Assembly (NCBI GenBank): GCA_964016885.1
Contig: OZ024741.1
Coordinates: forward strand, 135,904,001 to 135,968,000
From: Eledone cirrhosa
Taxonomy: Eukaryota
Length of the DNA stretch: 64,000 nucleotides
Direction: 5' to 3'
The notes beneath the pieces were generated by a model, which was given only the letters and a program-made list of their open reading frames with translations, was not told the origin of the DNA and did no database searches. A program made the position numbers and the translations under genes. Numbering within the stretch: position 1 is the stretch's first letter; every line of letters starts with the position of its first letter. Of this stretch, positions 1 to 13,650 are shown in pieces.

Positions 1-1095
1 AAATAAAAATATATAAACTGTGAAAATATACGGACATTGATATACAACAGTAATATTGATAAAATTGGGAGATAATGCCAGTGTTTTGCTGCTATGATAA
101 ACTATTGACGTATCTACAAAGAATCAACTGAATATGAAAAGTGGATTTCACTATCAACTGATGGCTACTTCGCCAATTTAATGCAATGAATGCTTATATA
201 AAGCCGCTACAGCGAGAGTTTAATTGCCTAATATTATCAGTCATGTTTGTAAAAACGTTTGCTTCTTATTATTTCCAATAGATAAAGTGATAATGAACCA
301 TATATTTTCATTTCAGTGGGGGCGAGGTAGGAAACATTTTCTCGTATATAAATACTGCTTCTTTTTGTTTTTCTCAGTTTTTCTGAAATCCAAAATACTC
401 CCACATAATATCGGGGACATTTAACACCATTAAATTCATCTTTGATTTAATAATTCTAAAATGATATTTTTATGAAAAAATATTTTCGTTTTAGCTGAGG
501 GATTTCCACATATATGCATTGTATTATTGTATTATTATTGTTGAACTCCTAAATACTCCCTCATAATACAGGGAACATTTAACCTTATTAAATTCACCTT
601 TGATTTTATAGTTCTGAAATAATATTTTGTAATATCTATTCTCTATTTTATTCATTATCATATATGTTGTATTTCCTCATTTCACTATCTCTATATCATC
701 TCCAGTTTATCTGAACGACAATCTGACATTCTACGTTCCACTGAATCGCTAAATCGTTTCAACAGTGCTTTAGTCGTTGATGTGTAGATTAATTCTTGCG
801 TTAGGTCTCTTTTTCCCATTAATGTTTATCTAAGCTGAAGGTTAGCAAATACTTATTCAGACCTGGAGCCCATGAGTCGACATAAAGTTGCGTAGATGAC
901 AACATTTTAATAAACAAAGCTCTAATTTAACATTTTAGAATATATCTTTTCATAACAAGATGTTAAACATGAAAACGAGTGGAGATGGTGGTGTCAAATT
1001 GCAGGGGCAGTCACAAACGTAACCTAGACACCCGCGCACAAATGCGCACAACACGCACGCTCACATACACAACACACACACACACACACACACAC

Positions 1096-1167
<72 letters not shown>

Positions 1168-1368
1168 TTATATATCTCCATATATATCCGTCGTACCTCT
1201 GCAGTTTCCGTCTTTCAAATCCCACCCACAAAGGCTTGGTGAACCCGGGACTATAGGAAACGACTCTGGACCAACTTGCCACGCAATGGGACTGAACACA
1301 GCGCTACGAGGCCGCAGAGTGAATTCTTAGCCACACAGTAATGCTTGCACTTATTATGATATTTCTTG

Positions 1369-1559
1369 GGCGGTGGATTGGCAGTATCGGTAGAGGGTCG
1401 GACGCCATGCTTTGACGCATAGAGTTACGGCCCTTGTCATTCTGAGTTCAAATCCTTCCGAGGTTAACTTTGCCTTTCATCCTTACGGGGTAAATAAAAT
1501 AAAGTACCAATAATGTACTGGGTAATTTCTGGCCTTGTGCCAATAGTAGAAACAATTAT
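1369..1559 (+). mobile_element. tRNA-derived SINE family A, full length with TSD
   Basis: GGCGGTGGATTGGCAGTATCGG (A box) ... GAGTTCAAATCC (B box) ... GCCTTTCATCCTTACGGGG..ATAAAATAAAGTACC (Meta-domain-like core) ... GTAGAAACAATTAT tail. TSD ATTATGATATTTCTT at 1353-1367 and 1555-1569. Confidence 0.88.
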
Positions 1560-3048
1560 GATATTTCTTAACCGACTAGAGCTGGAAGTGTCAAAGTTGC
1601 TGATTGCCAAATACTATATATATGGAAATTCTCTTCAGAAACCTAGATATAATTTTTCTTTAAAAAAAAATCGAATTCATAACGTAAGTAGTTAAGTAGT
1701 GGGTGCTGAGATATATAAGATATATTTCTAGCTAACGTCTTCTTACCAATCTTCCTTTCTATGATATGTAATTATTATCAATATTCATTTTCTGCTGTAA
1801 TGATTATTGGTATGAAGATAATACCAATATTCCACTTTAGAAAGTTCGGTGATATATTATCATTTTATTAAGCAGAGAATTATGAAATAAAAAAATAAAT
1901 TATTTTTCTCAAATAATAAATTGCATTAAGAAGTTAAAAATAATTACAGTTGAATAAATTATTCTCATAAAGCTCATGATTTATTATGAATGATTTGTAA
2001 AAATTCAACGTAATGCTTTCACTATTCGCTTTCGTGATACTTTGAAGAAATTTTTGAAAGCTATTTTAGATAATTGGGATAATTTTGTCATTGGCACATG
2101 CGTCAGCTCAGGTATTTCTCTGTTATATTCCGAGTAATATTGATTTTGATAATGAATAACCGTCTTTCATTGGTTGATCTGAAACCGGCACGGAGGAATG
2201 ACCTTTGAGCTTGCTTTAGAAATGCATTTACAAAACCTCTTCCTGGCTACCGACCATCACAATTATGGGAGAGCAGCGTATAATATCGGCCGGATTATCA
2301 GATAATAATGACATTATCGAGGATCAATACTGCCCATACAAAGGTTCCTTTACTTTGGGATAAATCTTTCACTTTTGATATTTTCCAAACCAACGAAGAA
2401 TCCATGTAAAACATTCGCAGCAGAGATTAAAATAGATATCACGTGTTGAATAATACCACGTTAACGTTCTCGTCCTTCTACATACATAAAGAAAGGTTTT
2501 TCAGGCAACGGTATTGATTTTTGCCAAATAGAAACCAAGCAAAATCTTCTTAAGTTTATGCAACGTTAATCTAAACCCCTTAGCACTCAAGACTGAAATT
2601 AAATTTTTATTTCTTATAGTATTTTGAACTTCAGTAAGATTCCAGTGATAACAAACTAAGAAGACAAAAACAAAGGCAAATACAAAAACAAAATGTCAGG
2701 TTATATATCTACCTTAGTAGCGCACTTCTATTCATAAATGTATCTGCTAAAGCATTACTCAGAATCGTATTCTATCCGGGGGATGTTAATCTCTTCATAT
2801 AGCTTTGTTGATCTTTTACTTTACTAGTAAACCCAAAGACATGAGGTTTTCTATGAAATGAAATTAGATTCTTCTCCTTTGCTTGTGGAATCTTTATGTT
2901 CATATCATCATAAGTCACACACACGCACGCAAGCTACAGCCATTTCCTATTAATGTCCCCAGCCACGTAGAAGCAAAGAAAATACTCCCACATATTTACA
3001 CATAGAATATACAAATATATTCACACAAATATCCATCGATCTTCATTC

Positions 3049-3083
<35 letters not shown>

Positions 3084-4504
3084 AACACAGACAGATATTC
3101 ACGCACGTATTTACGTACGTGTCTATATAAAACTATGTATATATGTAAATATATAAAGAATGAGAAGAAATATATGCTAATAGTTATAGATGAAAGAAAG
3201 ATAATGGATAAATAGAGTCATATAGATCAATCGATTTATCCATTTGATCGAAGCGCCACCACATACATAGAGCTACACATTAACTATCGCTACGTTCACT
3301 CCTTATATAACACATTGAGCAATACATTAACTATACAGCTACACGTTAACTATAGTCACATTCATTCTCGTATAACACATAGAGGAGAGCGACATATTTA
3401 CTATGATCACATTCACTCCTCATATATAAAACATACACACGTTTTCCTCCCGTTTAGAATTGCGATGCTAAGAGGAATTTTCTGGTATTTCAGCTATCCA
3501 AGAGTTTCATGTAGCTTGACTAGGTAGTAATGCACATCACCATCTATTTACATACATGAAATACTACATACTGCAACAAAACAATGTGAGGCAATGATTT
3601 CTGTTGTAGAAAAAGCCGTAGACGATGCTGTGAATTCTCGCCAAAGCGAGATCGCAAAGATGTTTGAATTCCTAGTTGTAAACAATATCACATCACTTAA
3701 GAACACAGTGGAATGGACGTCCACCAGTTTCGATGATGAGTGTTCAGTTATTTAATCAAGGGAACAGCCTCTTCGTTACGTTAACATGTACGTTGCTATG
3801 TATTACACAGACACGTGTATCCTTTACTTAATTTTCGGGGAGATCCAACGCAACACGCTGTGTAATAAGGCTGGCCTTGCGAATTACAAGTATAGTTCAT
3901 CTAGTTTAATAGATTCAGCGTGACACCGTTTAACAAGGCTCAACTTTTGAATCACAGGCACAGTTCATCTTGTATTATCCTGTGCGTGGCTGAAAATTCC
4001 ACAGACACATTTGTCATTTATGTAATTCTCACGAAGATTCAACGTGGCCCAGTGTGTGACAGGAGTGACTTTTAGAAATTATATATACAGTTCATCGGAT
4101 TGACTTTCTGACAGTTTTTGTCTATCCAAATTCTCTCAATATGATTGGGTCGGCGGGAGGTTACGGTAAATGACATTTAGCAAACATTCCGCACAATGGG
4201 ATCGACACCGGTATCGCGAAGCGAAATTATTCATTCTTAACCATTACATAATGTTACGCTATAATATGATATAGTTATCTGACTATTGTTGATAGTTGAT
4301 ATGTCACACTCGCTCGTCAAAAGAAGCTGGAAGAGAATTAACAAATGTAAAATTAGGTGGTTGGTGTATGCGCATTCTCCCCTCATTCTCTCTCTCTATA
4401 TATGCATATATACACATGCATGCTGTTGTTATATACACGTCCGCACAGACACAGACATACTTAAATGCATACATAGATACATATATACATTATATACATA
4501 CATG

Positions 4505-4551
<47 letters not shown>

Positions 4552-4565
4552 ACACACACACACAC

Positions 4566-4629
<64 letters not shown>

Positions 4630-5185
4630 TCGGATATACATAGCATCATATAAAAATAAATTACGTCAAGAATTCGGCTACTCAGTTATTCACATATCTA
4701 ATGAGAAAAACCCAATAACGCCTGTTTGCAAATCTCTGTGAAATGCAATAAATTATGTCAGTGTATCAGATCAGCTAGAAAGATATTAGCCATAACAAGA
4801 CTAATTGCCCACAAATGTCAATAAGGCATTACCGATTTCTAACCATGATATAAAATTATAGCGAATAGAACATAAAACCTCAACAATCTAGGTAGTATTT
4901 TAGAGTTGTACATGTCTTATAAGTTTCTTGATCTGAGACCGTGTGTTGAAATTGTTGTACATGCCTAGCAATTGACTAAGTATGAAACCAATGGATAAAA
5001 CTAAAACAATTACATCATGGCAGCGTCATTTTAGCCATATTTGGATGTCTTGCAAGTTACTTGATCTTGATCAAGGGTTAAACCTAAAGCAATTACATCG
5101 TGAAAGACTCATTTTAGCTATAGTTGTAGCAAGTAACGTAGTCCAGAGCCGTGTGTGTTAACTAACAAACACACACACACACACA

Positions 5186-5249
<64 letters not shown>

Positions 5250-5251
5250 TG

Positions 5252-5302
5252 AGATTCTACAGGGCTAGAACTGCTTCATTCTTTAGAAATCATCAGGAAT
5301 CT
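5252..5302 (-). ncRNA. Hammerhead motif, paralog of 16725 (GAAA changed to GAAG)
   Basis: AGAUUC CUGAUGA UUUC UAAA GAAU GAAG CAG UUCUAGCC CUG UA GAAUCU. Stem I shows a compensatory pair change relative to 16725. Confidence 0.55.
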
Positions 5303-5489
5303 GGCTGTCCAAAATAAATGTTGTGGTATTTATATCTTTTCAGGTGGTAGGAGGGGGTGGGGAGTGGGATGGGTGGAGGTCATTGGTTGAAAGAAAAGGG
5401 AATTCATTAAAAGCTAATTCTTTAAAGAATTAGCTTTTAATGAGTACCTTACTTACTGTGGTTACCTCCGATTCAAACCCGGAATAACT

Positions 5490-5527
<38 letters not shown>

Positions 5528-6410
5528 TAGCAGTAAAGCCCGGCGTTGCTCGGGGCTGCTCAGTAGCTGTGTTAAAGTTACAATGTTAAGTTCCTTTCTT
5601 GGCTTAAAAACTGTAGAGTCTACAGTGTACACTTTCATGTGGTACTTTTGATTGATATTCCCTCAACCAACAGTATGCCTTATGAAGTTAAGAAAACATA
5701 ACTATAACCCGAAAGTTAAAAGAAAAGAGGTTGCTGGGGATAAAAACTGTACTGGTAATCTATTAACACTTGTCTCAGAGAAAAACATCAGTGTAACCAA
5801 ACTATCAGTTCTTTTGAAACAAAGAAATTGGATGGACATGAAAAAAAAAAAAAAAATGCGTTATCCGAAGTCGAGGGGGCAGGCAGCATCAAAGGGGTTC
5901 GCACCTGTGATAAAAAATATTGACAATGTAATAGCGTAGATGTTTAAGTATAAACTATGAAGAGCTCATAACATACCCATGGTGGGTTTGACGGGCAGAT
6001 TATAGACAGCCACACCATGCGATATGGACAGCTGCAGCAAAAGCCATATTCACCAAAAATAATCGCTGAAATCAACAAAACAGAAAGGCTGCTTCCATTG
6101 CATCTTCACATGCAATTGAGAATGATGACGAAAGTTTACTTCGACGCATTTGAAATGCTGTTGTTGCATGTTGTCTAGGTCGGAATGCATATTGAAACAA
6201 TGAAAGAAATGACGGAAACAATTTGTGTGTGTCTATGTATTAAACGCCGGAAAGCATCGATTTCAGAGTCCGCTTTGATTTGCGAGCAATGCTGGTCCCT
6301 AGAGGCCTAGGTGTCAATAGAATGCACTGCATCGATGTTGAATACAGGTTTCGTAGACGCTATATATTTAAGGCAGTCGGTGTAACATTGCCGTTTTGAA
6401 CCAAAAAACC

Positions 6411-8183
6411 CTATAAAACCTCACGGTATACAATATTCTTTGTTTTTCCGTTTGGAGCAAAAGCAAAGAGGTTGTTCCGGCTGCCAACTCGAGAACATCC
6501 AACGTAGAATTGTCCATGTGAAAAACATGGCTCCTGCAGATGAAGTCCTGCCACAGATAAAGTCTGACCCTGGGACTTGTTGATGGACATAGCAAAGGCA
6601 GCACGAAGGGGAAATCGGGTTCTTTTAAAAGAATAGGGTGCATCCACTCCTGGTGTAGTAAGGGTTACGGTAGATATTAAAACATCTTCTCCTTTTCCAC
6701 ACTCCGACATATTCGTAGCATAAATAATGTGCTGTGACATCCTATTGACAACAAGGCGTGTACCATTGCAAAGCTTGGGAGGGGTTATATTTCTGAGAAG
6801 TATAACTGAACATCCTTCCTTGAGAGACAAAATATGTTGAGGTAGACCGGGAATATCCAATGAATTGAGGAATTCAATGGGATAATTGACCGCATCATGT
6901 CGATCAACATTGGTATCAATAGACTTAAAAGTCTTATCATTTCCAGGAAGACTTTCAAGCATTTGGCAATTAATGGCGGAGACAGTGACATTTGTAGGAG
7001 CTAATATACCCCTCTCACACAGCCATGTATGATTGCGGTAATTATCTGCCAAATTTGGAAAAACGGATGCCTTAAGATCTTCGACAGTGTTAACCAGACA
7101 GCATATATTGTCGTTTGCAATGTCTCCATGCACATCTGAAGGTACTTTGCCGTTGCCAAGAATGAGAAGGTCTTCAGCAAATTTTTCCGACACAGTATCA
7201 CCATGCAGTTGAACACACATGTTAGTGGTCAGATGAAGTGTTATTACCTGTTGCCACAATGGAGAAGACTTCAGGCAGGCCCGACCTTGATCCGCTCTGG
7301 TGCCCTTTGGAATAACCGGCAAAGTTTGTCGAAAGTCCCCTGAAAGCAAAAGAGTTACACCCCCCATGGCCTCCTGACGGTCTCTAATGTCTTTCAGTGT
7401 TCTATCTATAGCTCCTTTGTGAACCATGGAGCATTCATCCCACACAATCAGTTGGCACCGTCGTAGCGGTTCTGCTCTTGGACTATCCTTGGTGATGTCA
7501 CAGAGCGGTGTTTCAACTGATACCAAGTTAAGCGGGAGCTTAAAGGTAGAGTGTGCTGTCCTGCCGCCAGGAAGTAGTGTTGCTGCAATACCGGATGATG
7601 CAACAGCTATTGCAATAACTTCATTCTGTCTAACTTTAGCAAGAAGAAGTTTAGTAACAAAGTTTTTTCCAGGGCCTCCAGGGGCATCAAGAAAGAAGAT
7701 ACCACCCCATCGATGAAATACATAGTCGGTGATAGTGTTGTATGCAAATTGCTGATCAGGAAGTAGTTTCGGTTCCATTTCAAACACATATCTAGCTAGA
7801 GTGTCGACATCATAAGATGTTTCTTGGATGATGAAAGTTGGAATTTTATTAGAATCAGTGCGGTGGGTTTGTGGCTGACTGTATGCTGGCAAGGCATTCC
7901 CACCCATAAGGAAAATCCTCTCCTCTATGTCTATAAGCCCTTTATTGTATAAATCATCACGGAAATCTACTTCTATGTCAGGAAGTAGTAGTTGAGTCTG
8001 GTGCAAGAAGTCCTCAGACAGTTGGTTCCAAAACTTCAACCATAATATGTAGGGATCACAAATGTTACATAATTGAAGAAGCTTTGCAAAGAGCTCTCGT
8101 AGGCTTCCAGCTGAGTGTGATGAAGCGATCTCCGCCAAGGTTGCACCCCATCGTGAGTCATCTTCAAGCATTCCACGAGCCAA
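6411..8183 (-). CDS. PIF1-family SF1B helicase domain of Helitron RepHel (open C-terminal portion of a disrupted gene)
   Basis: 590-aa ORF with FFLDAPGGPGKNF (Walker A variant of GGTGKTF), VASSGIAATLLPGGRTAHSTFKLP, IVWDECSM, GDFRQTLPV, LCNGTRL, FAMSINKSQGQT, FSHGQFYVGCSRV and the typical Helitron end KTKNIVYREVL*. Confidence 0.92.
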   Translation of the reverse strand: MARGMLEDDSRWGATLAEIASSHSAGSLRELFAKLLQLCNICDPYILWLKFWNQLSEDFLHQTQLLLPDIEVDFRDDLYNKGLIDIEERIFLMGGNALPAYSQPQTHRTDSNKIPTFIIQETSYDVDTLARYVFEMEPKLLPDQQFAYNTITDYVFHRWGGIFFLDAPGGPGKNFVTKLLLAKVRQNEVIAIAVASSGIAATLLPGGRTAHSTFKLPLNLVSVETPLCDITKDSPRAEPLRRCQLIVWDECSMVHKGAIDRTLKDIRDRQEAMGGVTLLLSGDFRQTLPVIPKGTRADQGRACLKSSPLWQQVITLHLTTNMCVQLHGDTVSEKFAEDLLILGNGKVPSDVHGDIANDNICCLVNTVEDLKASVFPNLADNYRNHTWLCERGILAPTNVTVSAINCQMLESLPGNDKTFKSIDTNVDRHDAVNYPIEFLNSLDIPGLPQHILSLKEGCSVILLRNITPPKLCNGTRLVVNRMSQHIIYATNMSECGKGEDVLISTVTLTTPGVDAPYSFKRTRFPLRAAFAMSINKSQGQTLSVAGLHLQEPCFSHGQFYVGCSRVGSRNNLFAFAPNGKTKNIVYREVL

Positions 8184-8766
8184 ACAGGCATCTCTGTATG
8201 TAGACCAAACACGATTTCTGTAAGTTCTGAGGTCCTGAAAACTGGTCGGTCATTTGACCTCATGCAGTAGCATTCGAAGATAGAAGCACTCGTGTTGATT
8301 TGGAGGAATCGTATACACTCGCGCCAAGCAATTAGTGAATTTGATCCCGGGAACTCCAATAACTGGTTGGCCAGTCTTTCTTCGACTCCATGTTTATTTT
8401 ATTCCATGTGTAGTATGATGGCACCTGAGGACACAGCAATGATTTTGCGAAATCATCGTATTCGCTCAGTTTGAAAAATCCAGTTAAAGTTGTCTCCCTT
8501 AGGGTCTGTGCCAATTCAGCGCCACTTTTGTTGGTATAGTACATCCGTTGACCGTGTTCTAGGTGTACATCTAATTTTACAATTGAAGGGTGCCTATCAT
8601 GGATTGGAAAACCGAAGATTCGCCAAAAGTCCTCACTACTACTTATGTAACGCCATACTTGGAATAACGTTACTTCGTCTCTATTGTTTTCGTTGAGTAT
8701 ACCGAACGAAGCAACGTCAGAACCTTTATTAACATACTTACATATGTATTTGATGCACTTGACTGT
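8184..8766 (-). pseudogene. Decayed Helitron Rep C-terminal part and Rep-helicase linker
   Basis: VKCIKYICKYVNKGSD is HUH Rep motif 3 (YxxKYxxK), followed by RYISSSE-FWRIFGFPIHDRHPSIVKLDVHL. A frameshift near 8395 leads into TWSRRK...LARVYTIPPNQHECFYLRMLLHEVK*PTSFQDLRT, with TGA at 8250-8252 where Gly is expected, in frame with the helicase ORF. Rep motifs 1 and 2 are absent. Confidence 0.85.
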
Positions 8767-9573
8767 CTGTCTGCACAAATTCATCGCCTATATTAACACT
8801 CTGCACGAATGTCTGTCTGCACAATTTATTGCCTATATCACCTCTCTGCGCGACTGTCTGTCTGCACAACCTTATCGCCTATATGACCTCTCGGTACGAC
8901 TGTCTGTCTGCATAATTTTATCACTCATCACCTCTCTGCACGACTGTCTGTCTGCACAACTTTATTGCCTATATCACCTCTCTGCACAACTTTATCTCCT
9001 GTATCACTTCTATGCACGACTGTCTGTCTGCATGCCTCCATCGTCTATCAGCCCCACTGTCTGTCTGCACAACTTTATCGCCTATATCACCTCTCTGCAC
9101 GACTGTCTGTCTACACAACTTTATCGCCTATATCACCTATCTGCACGACTGTCTCTCTTTACAACTTTATCGCCTATATCACCTATCTGCACGACTGTCT
9201 CTCTTTACAACTTTATCGCCTATATCACCTATCTGCACGACTGTCTCTCTTTACAACTCTATCGCCTATATCACCTATCTGCACGACTGTCTCTCTTTAC
9301 AACTTTATCGCCTATATCACCTATCTGCACGACTGTCTCTCTTTACAACTTTATCGCCTATATCACCTATCTGCACGACTGTCTCTCTTTACAACTTTAT
9401 CGCCTATATCACCTATCTGCACGACTGTCTCTCTTTACAATTTTATCGCCTATATCACCTCTCTGCACGACTGTCTGTCTGCACAACTTTATCGCCTATA
9501 TCACCTATCTACACTACTGTCTCTCTGTAAAACTTTATCGCCTATATCACCTGTCTGCACGACAGTCTGTCGT
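8762..9573. repeat. 46-bp minisatellite inside the Helitron (~17 units)
   Basis: Unit CTGCACGACTGTCTCTCTTTACAACTTTATCGCCTATATCACCTAT recurs at 9141, 9187 ... 9371 (period 46). Flanking units carry the GTCTGTCTGCAC variant. Confidence 0.95.
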
Positions 9574-10099
9574 TTAAAATCCTTGCTTCTAAATGAAAAT
9601 CTCATAAGGCTTTATTCGAGATCAATATTTATTTTACAAAAATATTTGCATGTTTTACGGTGTATTCAAATAGGCTTGTTTTCAAGTAAAAATATTGTTT
9701 TAAAAGACTTTTTAATGGAAATGAAGCAAAATGGAAGCTTAATGTTGAAACTTCGAACTCATGAATTTTGCAGGTTAAAATTTTGCTGGTCCAAAAACTG
9801 TTCGCGTATTTTTGTACTTTTGCACGTGTCGTTTATTCGTAACGTAAATAGGTAAACAGAATGACGCCATAAAATGGAAATAACTCGTCTCTCAGCTCTA
9901 TTTATACATTTGAACTGAAAAATCAATACATTACAAATTCGATTTTTGCACTTGGCGTGGGTTGATTTGAACATTTTTTGAGCGATGTCTCCGCCGGACA
10001 TTCATCTATAAGTGTAGGAATTTCACCGAAATTTGAACGTACGGTTTAGGAGGAGATGTGTGCCGATTGTTTTAGTAGACAGACAGACAACCTCAGTTT

Positions 10100-10149
<50 letters not shown>

Positions 10150-11000
10150 AGAAAACCACAAACCTCCATCTCAATTCTACTTTTGAAAAGCACAAGAACT
10201 GTGAAACAGGTAAAGGAACCAAATAAATATATTTAAAAAAAAAAGACTCCAGTTGCATTTTCGATTTCATCTTTTTTCCTTATACTTTCACTCGTATAGG
10301 ACACCTCGTTTTATTTTTTTCATTTTGTTAAAAAACCTCACTTTCTAATAAATATTGCCCCACAGAAAAGTTGAAATACAAACACAGGTTCGGTCAATGG
10401 ACATGATATTAGATAATCGAGTAAAATATACTTAGGGACAGAAAATAAATGGTCAGCAGACACTACTGAGAATCGAACTCTGTATCTGTTGAATTCCAGC
10501 GAGATGTGTAATTTAAAAAATGTGTTCATCTGGGGTAGTGTTTTGAAACTAAATCAATAATTATATTAGATAAGAGTTATGTTATAGCCATTCAGAAACA
10601 TAAACCCTGTTACATTCACTTTACATATATAAAACTATTTTTTTACGTATACTTTGAGGTCTATACGACTTGTCCAGTAACTATGTTTCAAATTAGTTGC
10701 AGTAGAGCTACATCAGCAACCAGGTCGCAAACTGAGTGACGAAAACATTAATACCAATAAATATAAAGTCAACATTTTGTGTGTGTATAACTGTGTATTT
10801 GAATGTATGATTCAATGGCTAAAATGACTCTTCCACAAGGTAATTGTCATAGTACTTTTACGAAAGTTCCAAGGTTTATGGGAACATTGCTTACATAAAA
10901 TCCATCATGAAATTCCTCAATATCAGGACTACAACTGCCACATCGATCCATAAAATAAAAACAATAAGTGGTTAATATAGTATTAACTGGTATTATTTCC

Positions 11001-11180
11001 TGGCAGGATTGGTAGAGGGTCGGACGCCATGCTTTGACGCATAGAGTTAGGCCCTTGCCATTCTGAGTTCAAATCGCGCCGAGGTTAACTTTGCCTTTCA
11101 TCCTTACGAGGTCGATAAAATAAAGTACCAGTAATGTACTGAGTAATTGCTGGCCTTGTACCAATAGTAGAAACAATTAT
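11001..11180 (+). mobile_element. SINE family A copy
   Basis: Near-identical to 1369-1559 from the A box to the ATTAT tail. Confidence 0.88.
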
Positions 11181-11328
11181 TTCACTAGTAGTATATAATG
11201 GATGACCCAGGTAACCTTAAATCTTGTAGTCATATTGAATTAACATACTCATACACGCACCCAAACACACAGACACAAATATATATATAATTGTATGTAT
11301 ATACAGAAACACACACACACACATATAC

Positions 11329-11391
<63 letters not shown>

Positions 11392-11421
11392 CACGCTTAT
11401 ATCTATCTATCTATATATATA

Positions 11422-11773
11422 TATTATTCAAAATAATAACAAATGAAAGATATATCCATAATCAAAATATATGCTTTATTATATATATTTCAAAGGTACT
11501 GTGTGTTTTTTTTTCAGTGCGTCTTCATCAGATAAAATATATGATTTGATATATGACCTATCGCTACGATCTTGATTATATAATTCCAGTATTGGCAGTC
11601 AATACTGGAATTGTATAATCAAGACCGGAGCGGTATGTCATATATCAAATCATATATTTTATCTGATGAAGACGTACTGAAAAAAAAAAAACACAGTACC
11701 TTTGAAATATATATAATAAAGCATATATTTTGTTTATGTGAATATCTTTCATTTGTTATTATTTTGAATAATA
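11422..11773. repeat. Imperfect palindrome (~175-bp arms) with HHR motifs at 11658-11720 (+) and 11475-11536 (-)
   Basis: Centre CCAGTATTG-GCAGT-CAATACTGG (11586-11608). HHR: UUUAU CUGAUGA AGACGUACUG...CAGUACCUUU GAA AUAUAUAU A^ AUAAA. A related copy lies at 28140-28200 (-). Confidence 0.8.
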
Positions 11774-11863
11774 TTAAAAACTCCTGGAAAACTTTGTTGA
11801 GTGCTTTTAATCTATTGTAAAATTGTATTCATTGAGTAATCAGCGAACCATATTAATCTTTGG

Positions 11864-11935
<72 letters not shown>

Positions 11936-12024
11936 GCATGCATATATATATATATATGTAATATATGTACATATACAACATATGTATACATTTATAAATA
12001 TAAATATATATATATATAAATATA

Positions 12025-12065
<41 letters not shown>

Positions 12066-12124
12066 ATATATATATATATATACATACATACATACATACA
12101 TACATACATACATACATACATACA

Positions 12125-12210
<86 letters not shown>

Positions 12211-13001
12211 TATACGTATTAACATATGCTTTCATCAGCGCTATGTAAATATATCAAGTATAAAAAATTGCTGGCTCACAATATTTTGATGATAATGCTG
12301 GTGGTGCATACACCGATATTAGAGAACCTAATCCAAGTATATATATATGTATATATATGGTAATAAATGCATACTTATATCCTCGGAACTCTGCTAAATC
12401 ATTTCCTCAGATATTGTTATTTGTGGTGGTGGTGGTGATGGTGGTACCAGAGAGTAAATAATATATTGAATAATAAAGGAACGAGGCGATTTTTACTATT
12501 CAACACCGTTTCATATATAATACTACTATTTGAAGAGAAAGAACAAAGCGGGAGATGTAATAACGATTCTAGATTATAAAAGTGCGTGATAACTTTTTTG
12601 TTTTTTTGTTTTTGTCTCCTTTTCTCCATTTATGGATACTATAAACACGACATTACAAAATTGTCGAAAATAATTTCCGAATCTATATTGAGAAATCAAC
12701 AAAATCGTATGAACAAACAAACGGACGCACAATTCTTTATTACATACGGTTATCAGTAAATTCTTTATTATATAAGCTACAAAAATGTCTACGTAGCGCT
12801 AGTAGTTGCATGAGCTTTGGAATCAGGAATAATTTCTTTAGATTCCTTTTTTTTTATTGATTTCTCTCATTAGATTGGTGTCATGCTGGGGAATCACGTT
12901 GAAGGGATTTAGTCAATTATATTGACTTCAGTACGCCTTTGATTTAAAATCTGTTTTGTTTCGAACCAGTAGTCGAACCAGTAGTCACTTGACAAAAACA
13001 C

Positions 13002-13097
<96 letters not shown>

Positions 13098-13213
13098 CTC
13101 ACACACATACACATATATATATATACCAATGATCGTTGGCAAATCACTGATGAGGGACTCATTTTATAACATGTAATCCATGGGCAACCATGCAGTATTC
13201 TTCTCCCCATATT

Positions 13214-13263
<50 letters not shown>

Positions 13264-13438
13264 GTTTACATATACATAAAGTTATAGATATATATATGTT
13301 GCAACCGGTCACTTTTAAGCTCTATAAGAGCCTTTCTTCTTATAGCTTGGTCTAATTGATTTTTTTATATGGTTAATTATGCTAATTAGAAGAGGAAATA
13401 GTATATATTTTATCTAATAATTCTAAGGACATGATTTA

Positions 13439-13501
<63 letters not shown>

Positions 13502-13507
13502 ACAGGC

Positions 13508-13650
13508 TCCTGCAGTTTCATTCATCAAATATCACTCACAAATCATTGGTCAAACTAAGCCTATTGTAAAAGACACTTGCCCAAGTTACCGCGAAACAGG
13601 ACTGAACCCAGAACCACGTATTTGCTTAGTCACCTCCCTAACCACACATC
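13508..13650 (-). mobile_element. CORE-type tRNA SINE (similar copies ~1198-1345, 4107-4245, 41741-41830)
   Basis: The minus strand reads GGTTCTGGGTTCAGTCC (B-box-like) followed by GTAACTTGGGCAAGTGTCT, similar to the CORE motif TGACCTTGGGCAAGTC. Confidence 0.6.

Larger units (their letters stand above)
5527..10110 (-). mobile_element. Helitron (rolling-circle transposon), internally deleted non-autonomous derivative
   Basis: On the minus strand the 3' end reads CCCGAGCAACGCCGGG hairpin (5539-5554), then CTTTACTG-CTAG|T (CTAG 5527-5530), the canonical Helitron terminus. The 5' end reads TATATAAAACTGAGGTTGTCTGTCTGTC and merges into (TA)n near 10110, so the exact base is uncertain. RepHel coding remnants lie inside, and both flanks are (TA)n. 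Confidence 0.9.

Noticed and set aside
1369-1460. tRNA gene
   Set aside because: A and B boxes are present, but it continues into a SINE core and tail, is multi-copy and has TSDs.
6411-8183. Host PIF1 gene
   Set aside because: Intronless, in frame with a decayed Rep linker, bounded by Helitron termini and ending in the Helitron-type NIVYREVL.
8762-9573. Possible CRISPR array
   Set aside because: Contiguous tandem units with no unique spacers, no cas genes and a eukaryotic context.
8684-9855. Three long plus-strand ORFs (297, 296 and 172 aa)
   Set aside because: They are read-throughs of the stop-free 46-bp minisatellite and cycle through the same three peptides.
13125-13220. CUGAUGA-containing repeat (reverse copy 57880-57975) as a hammerhead
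   Set aside because: Neither copy has a closing stem II or GAAA. It is a repeat family, but the ribozyme is unsupported.
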